64,000 bases of DNA from Stylophora pistillata (lineage: Eukaryota): the NCBI RefSeq assembly GCF_002571385.2, contig NW_019218252.1, positions 4,181-68,180 on the forward strand, in the 5' to 3' direction. Shown one piece after another: positions 1 to 10,852 of the stretch. How positions within the stretch are numbered: the stretch's first letter is position 1; each line of letters starts with the position of its first letter. The notes under the pieces are model-generated. The model was not told the origin of the DNA, made no database searches, and was given only the letters and a program-made list of their open reading frames with translations. A program made the translations under genes and the position numbers.

Positions 1-541
1 ATAGTTTTGAGAAGTTTTCATCAAAGTCTACCACGAAATTTTTACTCGTCCACTAATAGCCGGAAGTCGCAGACGTACCAGCATCATCAAATTTATCTTT
101 ATACCCTTTTTATTACAGAAAAAATAAGTTAGACATTGTGGTTTTAAGATTTATTCTTGTTTTAGAAGAGAAGACACAATGTGGATGTATATAACTGAAA
201 ATAAAAGCAAGAAGCGTGACACGCTCTCTCCACAACGAGATTCGTGTTGCACGACGTAACAAAGCGGCGGCCGGGAAGCCGGAAGGCTCAAGCATTGTTC
301 GTTACTATTATCGTGCACTACAATGCATAGAGTTAACTGCAATTTTATTGATGTACAAAAAATATATAAATAATTTTCACTCTTAATACTAAAGTGCTTT
401 TTTTTCAAAATCACAATAATGCTAAGATTGTCTATACTGGCGAGTATTACACAGGGAAGATACAACAATTACAGCTTAAGGTTAGCCAAGTTATCTAGCC
501 GGCCGTATCCTATCAATAATTCATTTGGGCTGTTTTGATTA

Positions 542-2638
542 TTATTCTGCCTTTAAGCTATCGACGTTCAATGGCAGATAGCACAAAACCGCTTTTTGGT
601 CGATCTTTCCTAAATTTTCCCACTCGTGAAACACATTCAAAGGTAAGGGATAAACCTCGGCTGGCGAAAATCTAATTCCGCTATCAATTGGAAAATTGTT
701 TATCATAAAATAAACTTTCCCTTCTATTTCCAATGCGTTAAGATCATTTGGAGGAATATGATTTTGTCGAATAATAGACCAGGAGTTGTTCTCCTCGTCA
801 TAAACCTCAACAGAGGCTCCACTGCCAACAGGTGAGCCACATCTTTGGGTAACCGATTCAGATCCCCCAGCGACACAGAGTTTCTCGTTTACTGCCAAAA
901 GACTTGATCGATAATGAGGATTTCTGGTTGGTTCCGTGAGTTTCCATTTATTTGTCCTTGGGTTGAAAAAATGCACTTGAGCCGGTACCGGTTCATAGTA
1001 AGAAGGACATCCTCCTAAATGACCATGAAGTACATATAAACGTGATTTGAAAATAATCGATGCTTTACCGCGAAATGAACCAGGAGTAAACCGATCTGGA
1101 TTGAAAGATTTTATACGCTACCTCTGATTTGTATTCAAACTCAATCTGTGAGGTGGTTTCGATTCATGGATTGCATAGATATAATCACCCATTGAACACA
1201 AGCAGTCAGTCTTAAAATTAAACCCTGGAATTGTTGGTAATGTATCCCAGGCATTATTAACTGTATCATAACTATACATAACAAAATCTTTCTCCCTTTT
1301 TGCGGCTACATACAGGTGATTACCGACGTACTCTGCACAGTAACACTCAGTTGCCTCAATCAGTCGGGCCATGAACGGCAGAGGTCTCCATAATTTTGTT
1401 TCAGCATCAAAGTAATGCATCTCTGCTTGCTGCTGAATGGCAACAAGAACCTAAGAAGACGTAAAGGAAGAATCATTTGATAAATTTCAATATATGAAAA
1501 TCATTTATGTGTGTATTGCGGTTTCATGAAATGTAAGAAAGCGATCCTCGCAGTAATAAACTTTACTAATATGGAAATAAGTGGAAATAAGGCCTGAAAA
1601 AAATTCAGACCCGTACGAGATTTGAACTCATGACGGCTGCGATACAGGTGCAGTGCTCTGGTCATTAGATTGGTTCGTACAATTAAAACGGTAAAATGCT
1701 CTCTCTTCAATGAAAAAAATTTCCTCTAAGTTTCATGATGCGCCGACCACACCTACAACTGTGACTGACGCTTTTGACGTAAATGTGACAGTGAAAAGTG
1801 TTCTTACCGGTTTCGAGGACCTTGCCTTAGTTTTCTCTGCTGCGAACTCAGGCCTTCTTAAAGGCAGGTAGCTGTACAAGAGAGATGAATACAAGTGCAT
1901 GTGAACCTCTGGATCTCGCTGCATTTCCTCTGTATCAAGTTCAGCGATCAGCTCCCTAATATTTACCAAAGCTAATCGCACTGCTCCAATTACTTTGGCA
2001 GCAAAAGACATTCTCTCCTCCTTCTCGTGTTTAATCCATCGCATCACCGATTGAAAGATGAACGTTTCCGAAGGTGCATTGAGGTCATCTCGACTTAGGA
2101 GGCTGAGTAACTGATCGCCGCCGATATGAGCCAAAAATTCCTCGCTTTCGCAAACATCTTTATACTTCTTAGCCATTTCACTCTCAGTAGCTTCTTTTAG
2201 ACCTTTAAGGCCATGGCTGTGAGCAATTTCCCAGATACGAGAGTAAGTTTCAAAATCAAAGCGAAGTTTAACGAACTTGGTCAGCAAGAAATCACAACAC
2301 TGTTGAACAACAGTCGTCACTTGAAGGTGATCTGCTGCCGCAAGAACTTCAAACACATTTTCTTCGTTAACCTGAAGGGTTCCAGTGTAGATGGAGTCCA
2401 GTATAATGTTTAAAATATCAGATAAAATGCTTTCATCTTTCAGCTCGATTACTTCCTGGCTCGCTTCTTTCATTCCATCTGTAAACATGGCGTAGAAATA
2501 ATCGCTATTCGCAGCCAGAACAATGCGATGAGCTGGAAAGATGTCTTCCCCCACTTTTAAAGGAACGTCAGTGAACTGCTCCTCGTCTCTAAACTGGGCA
2601 CATTTGGACAGGAGAATCTCGGAATTGTTTACGACCAT
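542..2638 (-). CDS. Kelch-like BTB-BACK-Kelch protein, paralog 1 (~579 codons); one in-frame TAG, possible pseudogene or null allele
   Basis: Exon 1 2638-1808 has BTB ([17 protein letters not shown]) and BACK, donor CCG|GTAAGA. Exon 2 1450-542, acceptor TCTTAG|GTT. ORFs 1118-1420 and 542-976 are the same frame, separated by TAG 1120-1118 (NQR*RIKSF). AATAAA on the - strand at about 349-344. Confidence 0.85.
1520..1680. repeat. Partial copy of the tRNA-like palindromic repeat family seen at 39753-40014
   Basis: Shares gcgatcctcgcagta...cctgaaaaaa(a)ttcag...gtac..ga.t.gaac....tgac...tgcgatac with the left arm of that element. Confidence 0.6.
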
Positions 2639-2740
2639 TTTGAAAGAGGAATTAACCGATTCCGGAGGAGCAGAAACCGGGGCGAATGTTGTCCTTACAC
2701 GATCGCGTGACTAGGAAATAAAATAGTCACGCTACACTAG

Positions 2741-2920
2741 CAATTACACACCTACCCCTCCCCTAATCTGACATCGGCCCTTAATTGTTGACTGTTGTTA
2801 TAAGGGGAGGGGTAGGTGCGCAGTTGCTCAGATACTGACATTAGGGGAGGAGTAGATGTGCAGTTGCTTAGATACCAACATTAGGGGATGGGTAGGTGTG
2901 CAGTTGCTCAGATTGTGACA
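2741..2920. repeat. MITE-like inverted repeat with one arm triplicated (~40-bp unit)
   Basis: caattacacacctacccctcccctaa (2741-2766) is inverted to three tandem taggggaggggtaggtgcgcagttgctcagatactgaca-like units. Same family as 46670-46796. Confidence 0.7.
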
Positions 2921-2990
2921 CTAATCTGGCATTTGTTGATGTCTGAGACGAATCTCTTTCATGAGGTAAATATCTCGTTCTTCTTTCCGT

Positions 2991-4560
2991 TTTATTGTGC
3001 CTAGTGCTCGTAGAGCCCAAGGCACTATGTCCAATATGTTATCGTGCACACGTGTATGTCCGTAACTCGGGTTGTACTCCACTACAGCGCATGCGTAAAA
3101 TGTGAGCGCATGCGTACAATGAACCCTAGAGCGCATGGTTTAAAGCCATGGCTGCCTTCGTGGACAATATTCCTTGCTTGATGTACCCGAAAGAAATTCG
3201 ATGGCTATTACGCATGTATATACAAAGTCACACGCCTGGGGCAATTACAAAAATTAAGAAAAAAATGCCCTCTGTCTTGACCAATCACAATTCAGTAATT
3301 TTGCCCCTCATATGATAAAATTGAAGTATAGAGCAAGTCGGTATTTATCAATGTTTTCTTGTAATAGACCCATGTGTCTTCATAATGTATCAAACTATTG
3401 TAAATTTCAACTGAGCTCAGATATAGAGACAAACCCTGGTCCTGCTCCAATGTACATTGACCCTAGCAAAACAATAGCAGCACCATGCAGCCAAGCTAAT
3501 GAGTTGATATTTGGACAAAATTCAGGACAACAATGTGTTGCAATGAGGTTATGCTCTTTGATTTACAATAACAAACAAGAAATCAATTCTGCTAATGATC
3601 TCGTTTCAATAATGAATATTGGAAATCAGTTGTATTCAAGGTTGTCTCATTTAACCAGTCAATCATTTTTAATGCAGACAAAATTACCCACACTTTTAAA
3701 TGTGTTCAAGACTGACTGTGAACTTCAATACAGTGAGAGCTACACTAGTACTATTCATCAAGAAGCTACAATAGAAGGATATCAGTACTGTACCTCCTTA
3801 GGTAGAGCCTTTCAATCACTTATATCTGAAAATTTCAACAACTTTGTCTTGACAACAGGATGTACTGTAGTTGCTATCTATTGTAGAGGTAATGTGGGCT
3901 TGAAAATATTTGATTCTCATGCAAGGGATATGGTAGAAGGCATCCTTAAGGTACATGTGTGCAGCTTGAAGTATCATCACTGAATAGCTTAGTACATTAT
4001 TTTCAGAGTATACATAACAATGATATATTTGAGTTGAAAGGGGTTAAAATTAAAGTTCAAAATAGTACCCTTTTTCACTCATGCCTGTGAAACCAGAAAG
4101 TTCAATGTGAGTTGTGCTGTGACCGTCTATTCACTCTACTACTCTGTAATAAAGTCACGTAGTTATTGGAATTCGAACACCTTATCTAATGCTATTCAGT
4201 GTGGCGAAAGATTATAAAAAAATTCATCTTTAACAAGTATTTACCATCAGGTGATTTGCCAAAAACTGTTGATGTTTGTGGAACTGAAGTGAGTTTAGAT
4301 CCTAAAAGTGATTACAGTGAAGGGATGTTGATAGCAAATCAATTCTTGAAAATCTTGTAAGAAATAGTACTGAATGTACGGGGTTTTTGATGTGGTTTTC
4401 AGTTTTTTGTATGACATATTTTTAAACCCACAAAAAGGTCAAAATATGTGTATTCCCTTTTGGTATTTAATGAAAGTCAAATGCCTTTAATTGAAAATAC
4501 TAAAACTGTAAACAGCACTACTTCTCTTGTTGCAGCCATCAGCAATATTCAATATTCAGA
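2991..4560 (+). mobile_element. Degenerate Helitron/Helentron-like fragment encoding a 2A-like motif and a viral-tegument-like (peptidase C76 type) cysteine protease/deubiquitinase domain
   Basis: 5' hairpin gtgcct..gctc-gta-gagc..aggcac (2997-3025). ORF 3312-3983 contains DIETNPGP, then SQ..FG.NSGQQC and FDSH. After a frameshift near 3930 the frame continues YGRRHP*GTCVQLEVSSLNSLVHYFQ. A second decayed copy of the domain follows (CAVTVYSLYYSVIKSRSYWNSNTL, ~4113-4185). No Rep or helicase is present, so the class is inferred. Confidence 0.65.
3420..3443 (+). other. 2A-like StopGo (ribosome skipping) motif DIETNPG/P
   Basis: gat ata gag aca aac cct ggt cct is an exact match to D(V/I)ExNPGP, preceded by KFQLSS. 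Confidence 0.8.
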
Positions 4561-4730
4561 GATTTTTCTATTAAAATCTATGAACTATTGAACGGTAGTA
4601 CTGCTTCAATCTACTGATTTCTGACAACTTCCCTTGGGTGTGAACATTTGCTGCAAACTAAGACTTGGTACCAATAATAGATAAAAAATTCCCTTCTCCT
4701 TGTGGTTAAAGGCAAATACATCACCTACTC

Positions 4731-4985
4731 AGGGTTTGTAAAAGCCTTGAAAGTCCTTGAAAATGCTTGAATTTAAAAATAAAAAATTCAAGGCCTTGAA
4801 AGTAGTTGAATTTGAGGACTTAAGGGCTTCATTTTTGCAGTGCTTTTTCTTTAAAAATTTTCAAGTTGAAAATTACAGTACTTTCATGGAAAAGCTGAGA
4901 AATAGTACTAAATAATTTTAAAATCACTTATGCAAACCTTTCCAAAAGTGGTCCTTCAATTTTCTAAAACTTGGCCTTCAAAGTC
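4731..4985. repeat. Degenerate non-autonomous DNA-transposon-like repeat
   Basis: agggttt start followed by repeated (g/t)ccttgaaa / cttgaattt submotifs. Confidence 0.4.
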
Positions 4986-5630
4986 ATTATAGTCATTGCA
5001 GATGATACTATTTTTCATATCACTAGGCACATGTAGTCATGGACTGTGTATTTTTAATCACGACACTAAGCAAGACAAACGCTGTGGTTTTGAGATTCAT
5101 TTTGCACTTGGAAGAGAAAACACAATGCAAAAAAATTCTAAATCAAAATGAAACCAAAGACTGACACACTTTCCAATACGAGATTTGTATTACGTGACGC
5201 CACAAAGCAGCCGCTGTGGGGGACTTCATTACAATTATTACATTTCTTTGGGTTTTATTTATACTGCACTGAAATATCAACACTATTTTCAAATGATGTT
5301 TTTAATTAAAACACTGTTTGCAGAATTTTTCAAAATGCTTACTAAAATTTTTTGAAAAAGTCTAAGCCTGGTGTCTATCTAGGGAACCAGGGTACTACCA
5401 TGTTATCTTAGTCAAAATAAACTCATATGATCATTGGGATTGCACCTGGCTGGTCAATGGTTAAATGATGCCCCTCTAAAATAGTCTCCTAATGTGACTT
5501 GCACTGAATTCAAAATTCTGCAACTGACTCTGTTGTTTGTATGACCATGGGAATCCCCTTAAGGGCACTTTTACAGTAATGAACTTGTAATATTCTCCAA
5601 AGATATAAAAGATACTTTTTAGGTTTGTAA

Positions 5631-8188
5631 TTAATTGTTCTCAAGCTCATCTGAAGCCTCATAATTTTCTGTCAATTCCTGTTTTGTTTGATCAGTCTTA
5701 GTTCTGTTCACAGGCATGTAAACAAACACTGCATCTGTATCATGCTGAGAAATTGCTTTCCAATCTTCAATATTGACATGATAAACCTCCTCATCTCCAA
5801 TTCTGATTCCGCTGTCAAACGCAACATTTCCAAGTATAAAGTAGATGTGGCCCTCAATCTCCACAGCTCCAAAATTACCAGGTGGTATGTGAGGTTGCGG
5901 AACAGAATGCCATTGGTTATTTTCTTCATCATATACCTCAACATGACTGGATGGTATAAGTCCCCTCTGTCGCTTGCTGGGTGGGTCTGTTTTACCACCT
6001 GCAACATACAATCTTCCCCCAGCCACAAAGGCACAGGCTTGGGTGTGGCTGTAAGCTGTTCCCGCCAACTTTGTCCATTCATTCTTCATTGGATTAAATC
6101 TGAACACCCCATGATCTGCCCCTCCTTTAGCCCAAGAGCCACCAATAGAATAAATACAGTCATTGTACACAGCCACGGCACAGCCATAGAGGCCTTGATC
6201 TACATGGAAGGAAAGGCGCTGCCATATTTTCTTTGAGAAGCTAAATCTCTCGGAAACTGCACTGTGATTAACTTCACTGCCACCAATAAGGTACAGAAAA
6301 TCTTCAAGCAAGCATACTTGGAAATCACAATGTGTATTCCTCATAGGTGGTAATGCTTTCCAAGCATGAGTATCAAGCTGGTGTTGATGCACATCTTTCT
6401 CATCAAAGAGGAACAAGTAATTTCCAGTGTACAGTGCTGCTGGTGTGATTTGAAGGCTTGGTAGTTCAAGACCAGGAAATGGCTGCCATCACTTTAACAC
6501 AGTATCAAAGTACTTAACTTCAGACAAGCATGACAATGAAACCAGGGCCTAAAAAATTAACAATGGTTGTAATTAACTTTTGAAAAAAAAAATGTTGTTT
6601 AAGTCAATGTTTTCTGTCAATTTTGTACTGTGATGGTTGCAAATTTTCTAAAACAAATTGAATGTAACAGTGATTCATATTTTTATCATAGAGCACTGAA
6701 GCCCATGTGTCCTTTAATTGAAAAGGATACAAAATGATCTCAGATGTGGTTTCTACACCATGGTTTGAACCAGGCCTGAAATAGCTGCACGATCATTGAA
6801 GATGTGAGCTTAAAGAACAAAGGAAGAAATGGAAATAGCTGCAGTCCTCTAAAGGATTGCTTATTGACGGAGTTGGGTTAGCCTGTATTTCATGACCTAT
6901 TGCCAAATATTTTCCCATCTGGCACTCCTTCTCAGACACCAAGTACCTGATTCCAATGTAATTGCAAAATTAGAACACAGAAGCAGGTAACTGAGTATCA
7001 ACATAGCCGAGGCTATAAGAGAGGGGCTCCTGGGGAGGGGGGTTCCTGGTGAGGGGGGCTCCTGGGGAGGCAGGCTCCTGGGGTGCATACCAACCCTTCC
7101 TCCTGTTGCTAGCTTTCATCTGAAAAGTATTAACATGTAATGAATAAAAAAAAAAACCGTACTGAGACACTGCCAGTGTAGGCCAACCCTCACAGAAAAA
7201 TCCCCTCTCATGCCTCTGACTTGTGATCAACACACTCTAGCAGATCAAGAATGTAACCTAAGTTCGGTTTGCTTTAGGTCATCTCCCTCCCCAGCCCTCA
7301 AACCATGTATGCATGCAGCAAAACTGCAAGGGACAAAGTACTCACCTTTGATGAAAGGCGTGGCATTCCCTTCTCTTGAGCAAATGGAGAAGACAAAAAG
7401 GGCCGGACGTGCTGTGATAAGCTGTTGTACATGAGCGAAAAACACTCAGGGATGTCTTTAAACTCCTCCGATTCAAGTTCGGATAAAACAACCATTATGT
7501 CGACAAGTGCCAAACGAACTTTGTTCAGCAGTCTTGGTGCAAGTGGCAATCGGTTCTCTTTATCGTGCTTTATCCAAGAGATCACGCTTGTGAAAAGGAA
7601 CGTTTCTGAGGGAACACTTAGATCGTTACGTGGAAGGAGAAGCTCTAGCTCGTCCGCCTTAAAGTTCTCCATAAATCCTTCTTCCTCGCAAATTTCGCCA
7701 AACTTCAGAGCGAGAGCTTGGAGACTTTCTTCACGGAGTTCCGTCAAATTATGCCGATCGGCGACTCTGTGAATTTTTAGTCGAGTTTCCACTTGGAATT
7801 TATCTCGACTGAGGTTATTACCAATGAATGACGAGCACTTCTTAACTACGCTAAGTATCTGCAAATGATCAGCAGCTTCTAAAACGTCTAGTACATTGTC
7901 TTCGGTAAGCGGGAGAATCGAGGAGTAGATGAAATTTAAAATTATTTCGAAGGCCTCTACGGTTAAATCTTCTCCTTTAAGTTCCACCTCATTTTGTGTA
8001 CTTTCTTTCGTCTCGGTAGAAAACATTGCATCAAAGTAACGGCTCGAAGTAGCCAATAAAACTTTATGAGCGTGGAATATCTTTCCTTTGACGCGTAAAA
8101 TGACGTCGGTATAGCTGAGGTTTTCGCGCATTTTCATCAAATTTTTAAACATCTCGCGCGAATAGGCCAGGTCTAATTCTTCTTCCAT
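5631..8188 (-). CDS. Kelch-like BTB-BACK-Kelch protein, paralog 2 (~586 codons); one in-frame TGA
   Basis: Exon 1 8188-7346 (FHAHKVLLATSSRYFDAMF; donor AAG|GTGAGT). Exon 2 6548-5631 (acceptor TTTTAG|GCC) reads ALVSLSCLSEVKYFDTVLK*WQPFPG...LYLIGG...IYSIGG...LYVAGG, with TGA at 6491-6489. Same phase-0 intron position as paralog 1. Confidence 0.88.
7021..7085. repeat. G-rich short tandem repeat in the Kelch-2 intron
   Basis: Four gg(c/t)tcctgg units separated by G runs. Confidence 0.7.
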
Positions 8189-9745
8189 ACTGAAGTGACG
8201 ATCTTAAACATACCAAAAAATCACTATGAATTGTTTAGAAATGTTTGCAGCTCACCTGAAACAAAAATATCACAATATTTACCTTCGAACTTTAAACCAA
8301 TTTTCATTACACGTGGAACTAAGGTTTTTCCCATGTGACAGATTCCACATGGATAAAATGATTGGATGAACCGGTCCCAGACCCAAACAGCATGCTCACA
8401 TTCGGTACATGCTGATCTACGTAACTGCAGCCACGTCTTCATACAAGAAGGATTGTAAGTTGTTATGATCCAATTAAGTAAATTTCGACACTAATGCAAA
8501 GACTGGATTATCTTCTTCATCGCGTGATTTGGTCTAGTGGTCACGAGGCACATGTCAAACACAATTCAGATCACGCACGTCACGCAAGAGTACAAAGGGT
8601 GGACAATGTTTTAAACATTTCTACAAACCACCAACAAATTGTTTTTTCACGAAATAAAAATAGTTATTGGAGAAATCCGGTGAACTCAATGCAGATATCT
8701 CTACCTGACAATTACATGATTTTATATGCAATTTAAACGTGTTTTTTTTCCTTAACCTAATCTTTCCGATAGCAGATAGATGCATCAGTTATGCATGTAA
8801 TTGATTTAATCCCTCCTTCTCAATACACCTTTTAATACAAACTGTTTTCTGCACCAGAAAATTTGATAGTTGGGCTGTTTCAATGCATTCAAAAGGTTTC
8901 AAACTTCAAAAAATGACTTTCAAACACAAAGGCTTGGGTGCAGGAACAATGTAAGGCTTGGTAATTAAGTCTGGTGACATCATACAATTCTTTGAATTGT
9001 AAATCCAATTTATTTTTTTCCACCACTATACATGGCAATATTTTAACTGATTTAAATACTTTGAATTCAAATAAATAATCATAGTTATAAAGCTTTCAAT
9101 GCTGCACACTGAGAGGTAAAAAGAGTCTAAAAATAACTAATGATGCGGGAGCAATGAACTTTATCCTCGAGGTCAGGGGCTGAAGAGAACACATTTACAT
9201 ACATCAAATTCAACAATGATTATGACTGCCCATCAGACAGCCAATGGGGATTAAAATACAATAAGATCAAAATGTTTTATGGTGGTTTTATGGAATTTTG
9301 AGGACTCAGTAATCAGGAGGTAATGGAAAAGAATAAAATCAGCATCTCCCTCACTCATTCCTAACCTAAAAAATCTGAATAATCACAAAAATAGATTTTT
9401 GTCAGCAAGCCTGACAAGATGCTTAAAGTACCAGAAAAAATTCAAATTACAGAACAGATTAAAAAGAATAAAGATAAAATATCTCTGAACAGATTAGAAA
9501 AAGAGGTTCGTCTCTGTAATACTGTACTGAATATCTAGGGTCAAATCTTAGCCGTCCTTCCCCAGGAACTTCCAAATAAAAGAGATGTTGTCAGGAAAGT
9601 AATTTTCAAATCTTTCTAGTAAGAGCACATGTTTAAATATGATCTATGCCTTGCACATGTGACAAATGACTGCTCAAAAGTGATTGCTTGTTCAAATGTA
9701 GAACTTATTTTAGCTTTTATCTGGCTCTTTACACCTGAAATTTCA

Positions 9746-10642
9746 CTAACTGCCAGGTTTTTCAACTTCCCATGCTTCTTTTACTTTAGTGATGGCTTCA
9801 TCTAATTCTTCTTTCTTTGACTTTAAATCTTGGTCCACACTGTTGAGGCATTCCTGAGAAGACTCTAATGTCCTAAATTCTTTCAAAAATGAAGCAGCTA
9901 CACCATAGAGCTCCTCGTTAGATTGACTTTTTGTTTTGAGTTCATCTGCATTTCCTTTATTTTCAGATGTATCTCCACCGGCTGAGAGATCCATAACATT
10001 ATCTAGACAGATCAAACAGAATTTTGTACAAACTCAAAAACGTATACTGAAATTAAACACCATATTTTGAAAAATAAATCTTGTGAACTCTCACAAGTAA
10101 TTAACATGTAACTTTTCCCTATTAATTCCATACAAAACCCAACATACAAGCTAAGAGAATACTCACACTTCTCAAGTTGAAGTTGTTATCGTGATCTAAT
10201 ACCAAATTCTAGTAGCTAATTCACAAAGAAGTGTGTAGCAGTTAGAGGGGAGAGTGAACAATCATATCTTGGCCGGAGTTGAAATTCAACTGTGCTTTTG
10301 TTATGCTGTTGCTGATTGCAAACTATGCTTTTCTGTGATAAGCTTTCAATAACCAGAAGAAGAAGAAGAAGAAGAAACTTTATTAAGGTGTCAAAAACCG
10401 TCTAGCCAGGGAACAAATCCCTTGCCGTGATTCAGAGTTATGAGGTACCAGAAAACTTCAGAAGTTAACTCACCCGAATGACTGACCACTTTGTTTCCTT
10501 TTCCCTTGGACATTTGGGCTGAATCTCCTGCTACGATAGACGACTTAAACACGACATCATCGTCGCTTGCCGCTGCCAAATCTTCTAAAATCTGTTCGAC
10601 TGACGGAGGAGATGGACCTTGGCGAACCTTTTGGCTGGACAT
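9746..10642 (-). CDS. C19orf25: UPF0449 / C19orf25-like protein (141 aa, 2 coding exons)
   Basis: Exons 10642-10474 (donor G|GTGAGT) and 10002-9746 (acceptor TCTAG|AT). N-terminal PSPPSVEQILEDLAAASDDDVVF resembles the family motif PxPPTVEQILED..DxVF as recalled; C-terminal coiled coil. Confidence 0.8.
10095..10285. mobile_element. Degenerate MITE of the TTAA/CCC-ended family
   Basis: Similar to 42640-42822 and 53917-54128 (gagaatactca.actt.tca.gt.gaagttgtta...accaaattct...gtgtagcag). Confidence 0.6.
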
Positions 10643-10852
10643 TGAAAAGGAATCTAGAAGCAACATCACGAATTTGTACATCTAAAAGAGGAAACTACTT
10701 CATCAGCACAGCCGCCATGATGGAAATTGGCTTGAGGAAAAAAAAACCGCTGGCAACTTGTCAGTAGCAATCACTCGCACCAGTCTTCCTCCCGCTGTTG
10801 GAATCTCATGGAAAAGAACGGCCAGAAGAGCGGGAAATGAATTTAGCTCACA
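10643..10852. promoter_or_regulatory. Bidirectional promoter region between C19orf25-like and MSH3, with an E2F-type site
   Basis: 210 bp between divergent ATGs. GCGGGAAA at 10830-10837; GCCGCCAT (YY1-like) at 10711-10718. Confidence 0.6.

Noticed and set aside
4950-5630. SECIS candidates in the Kelch-2 3' region (several ATGA on the minus strand)
   Set aside because: None gave a paired helix II with an apical AA and a 3' GA by manual inspection.
10695-10718. Short upstream ORF (MAAVLMK*) before the C19orf25-like start
   Set aside because: The TSS is unknown and the ATGGCGGC may simply be a YY1-type promoter motif.
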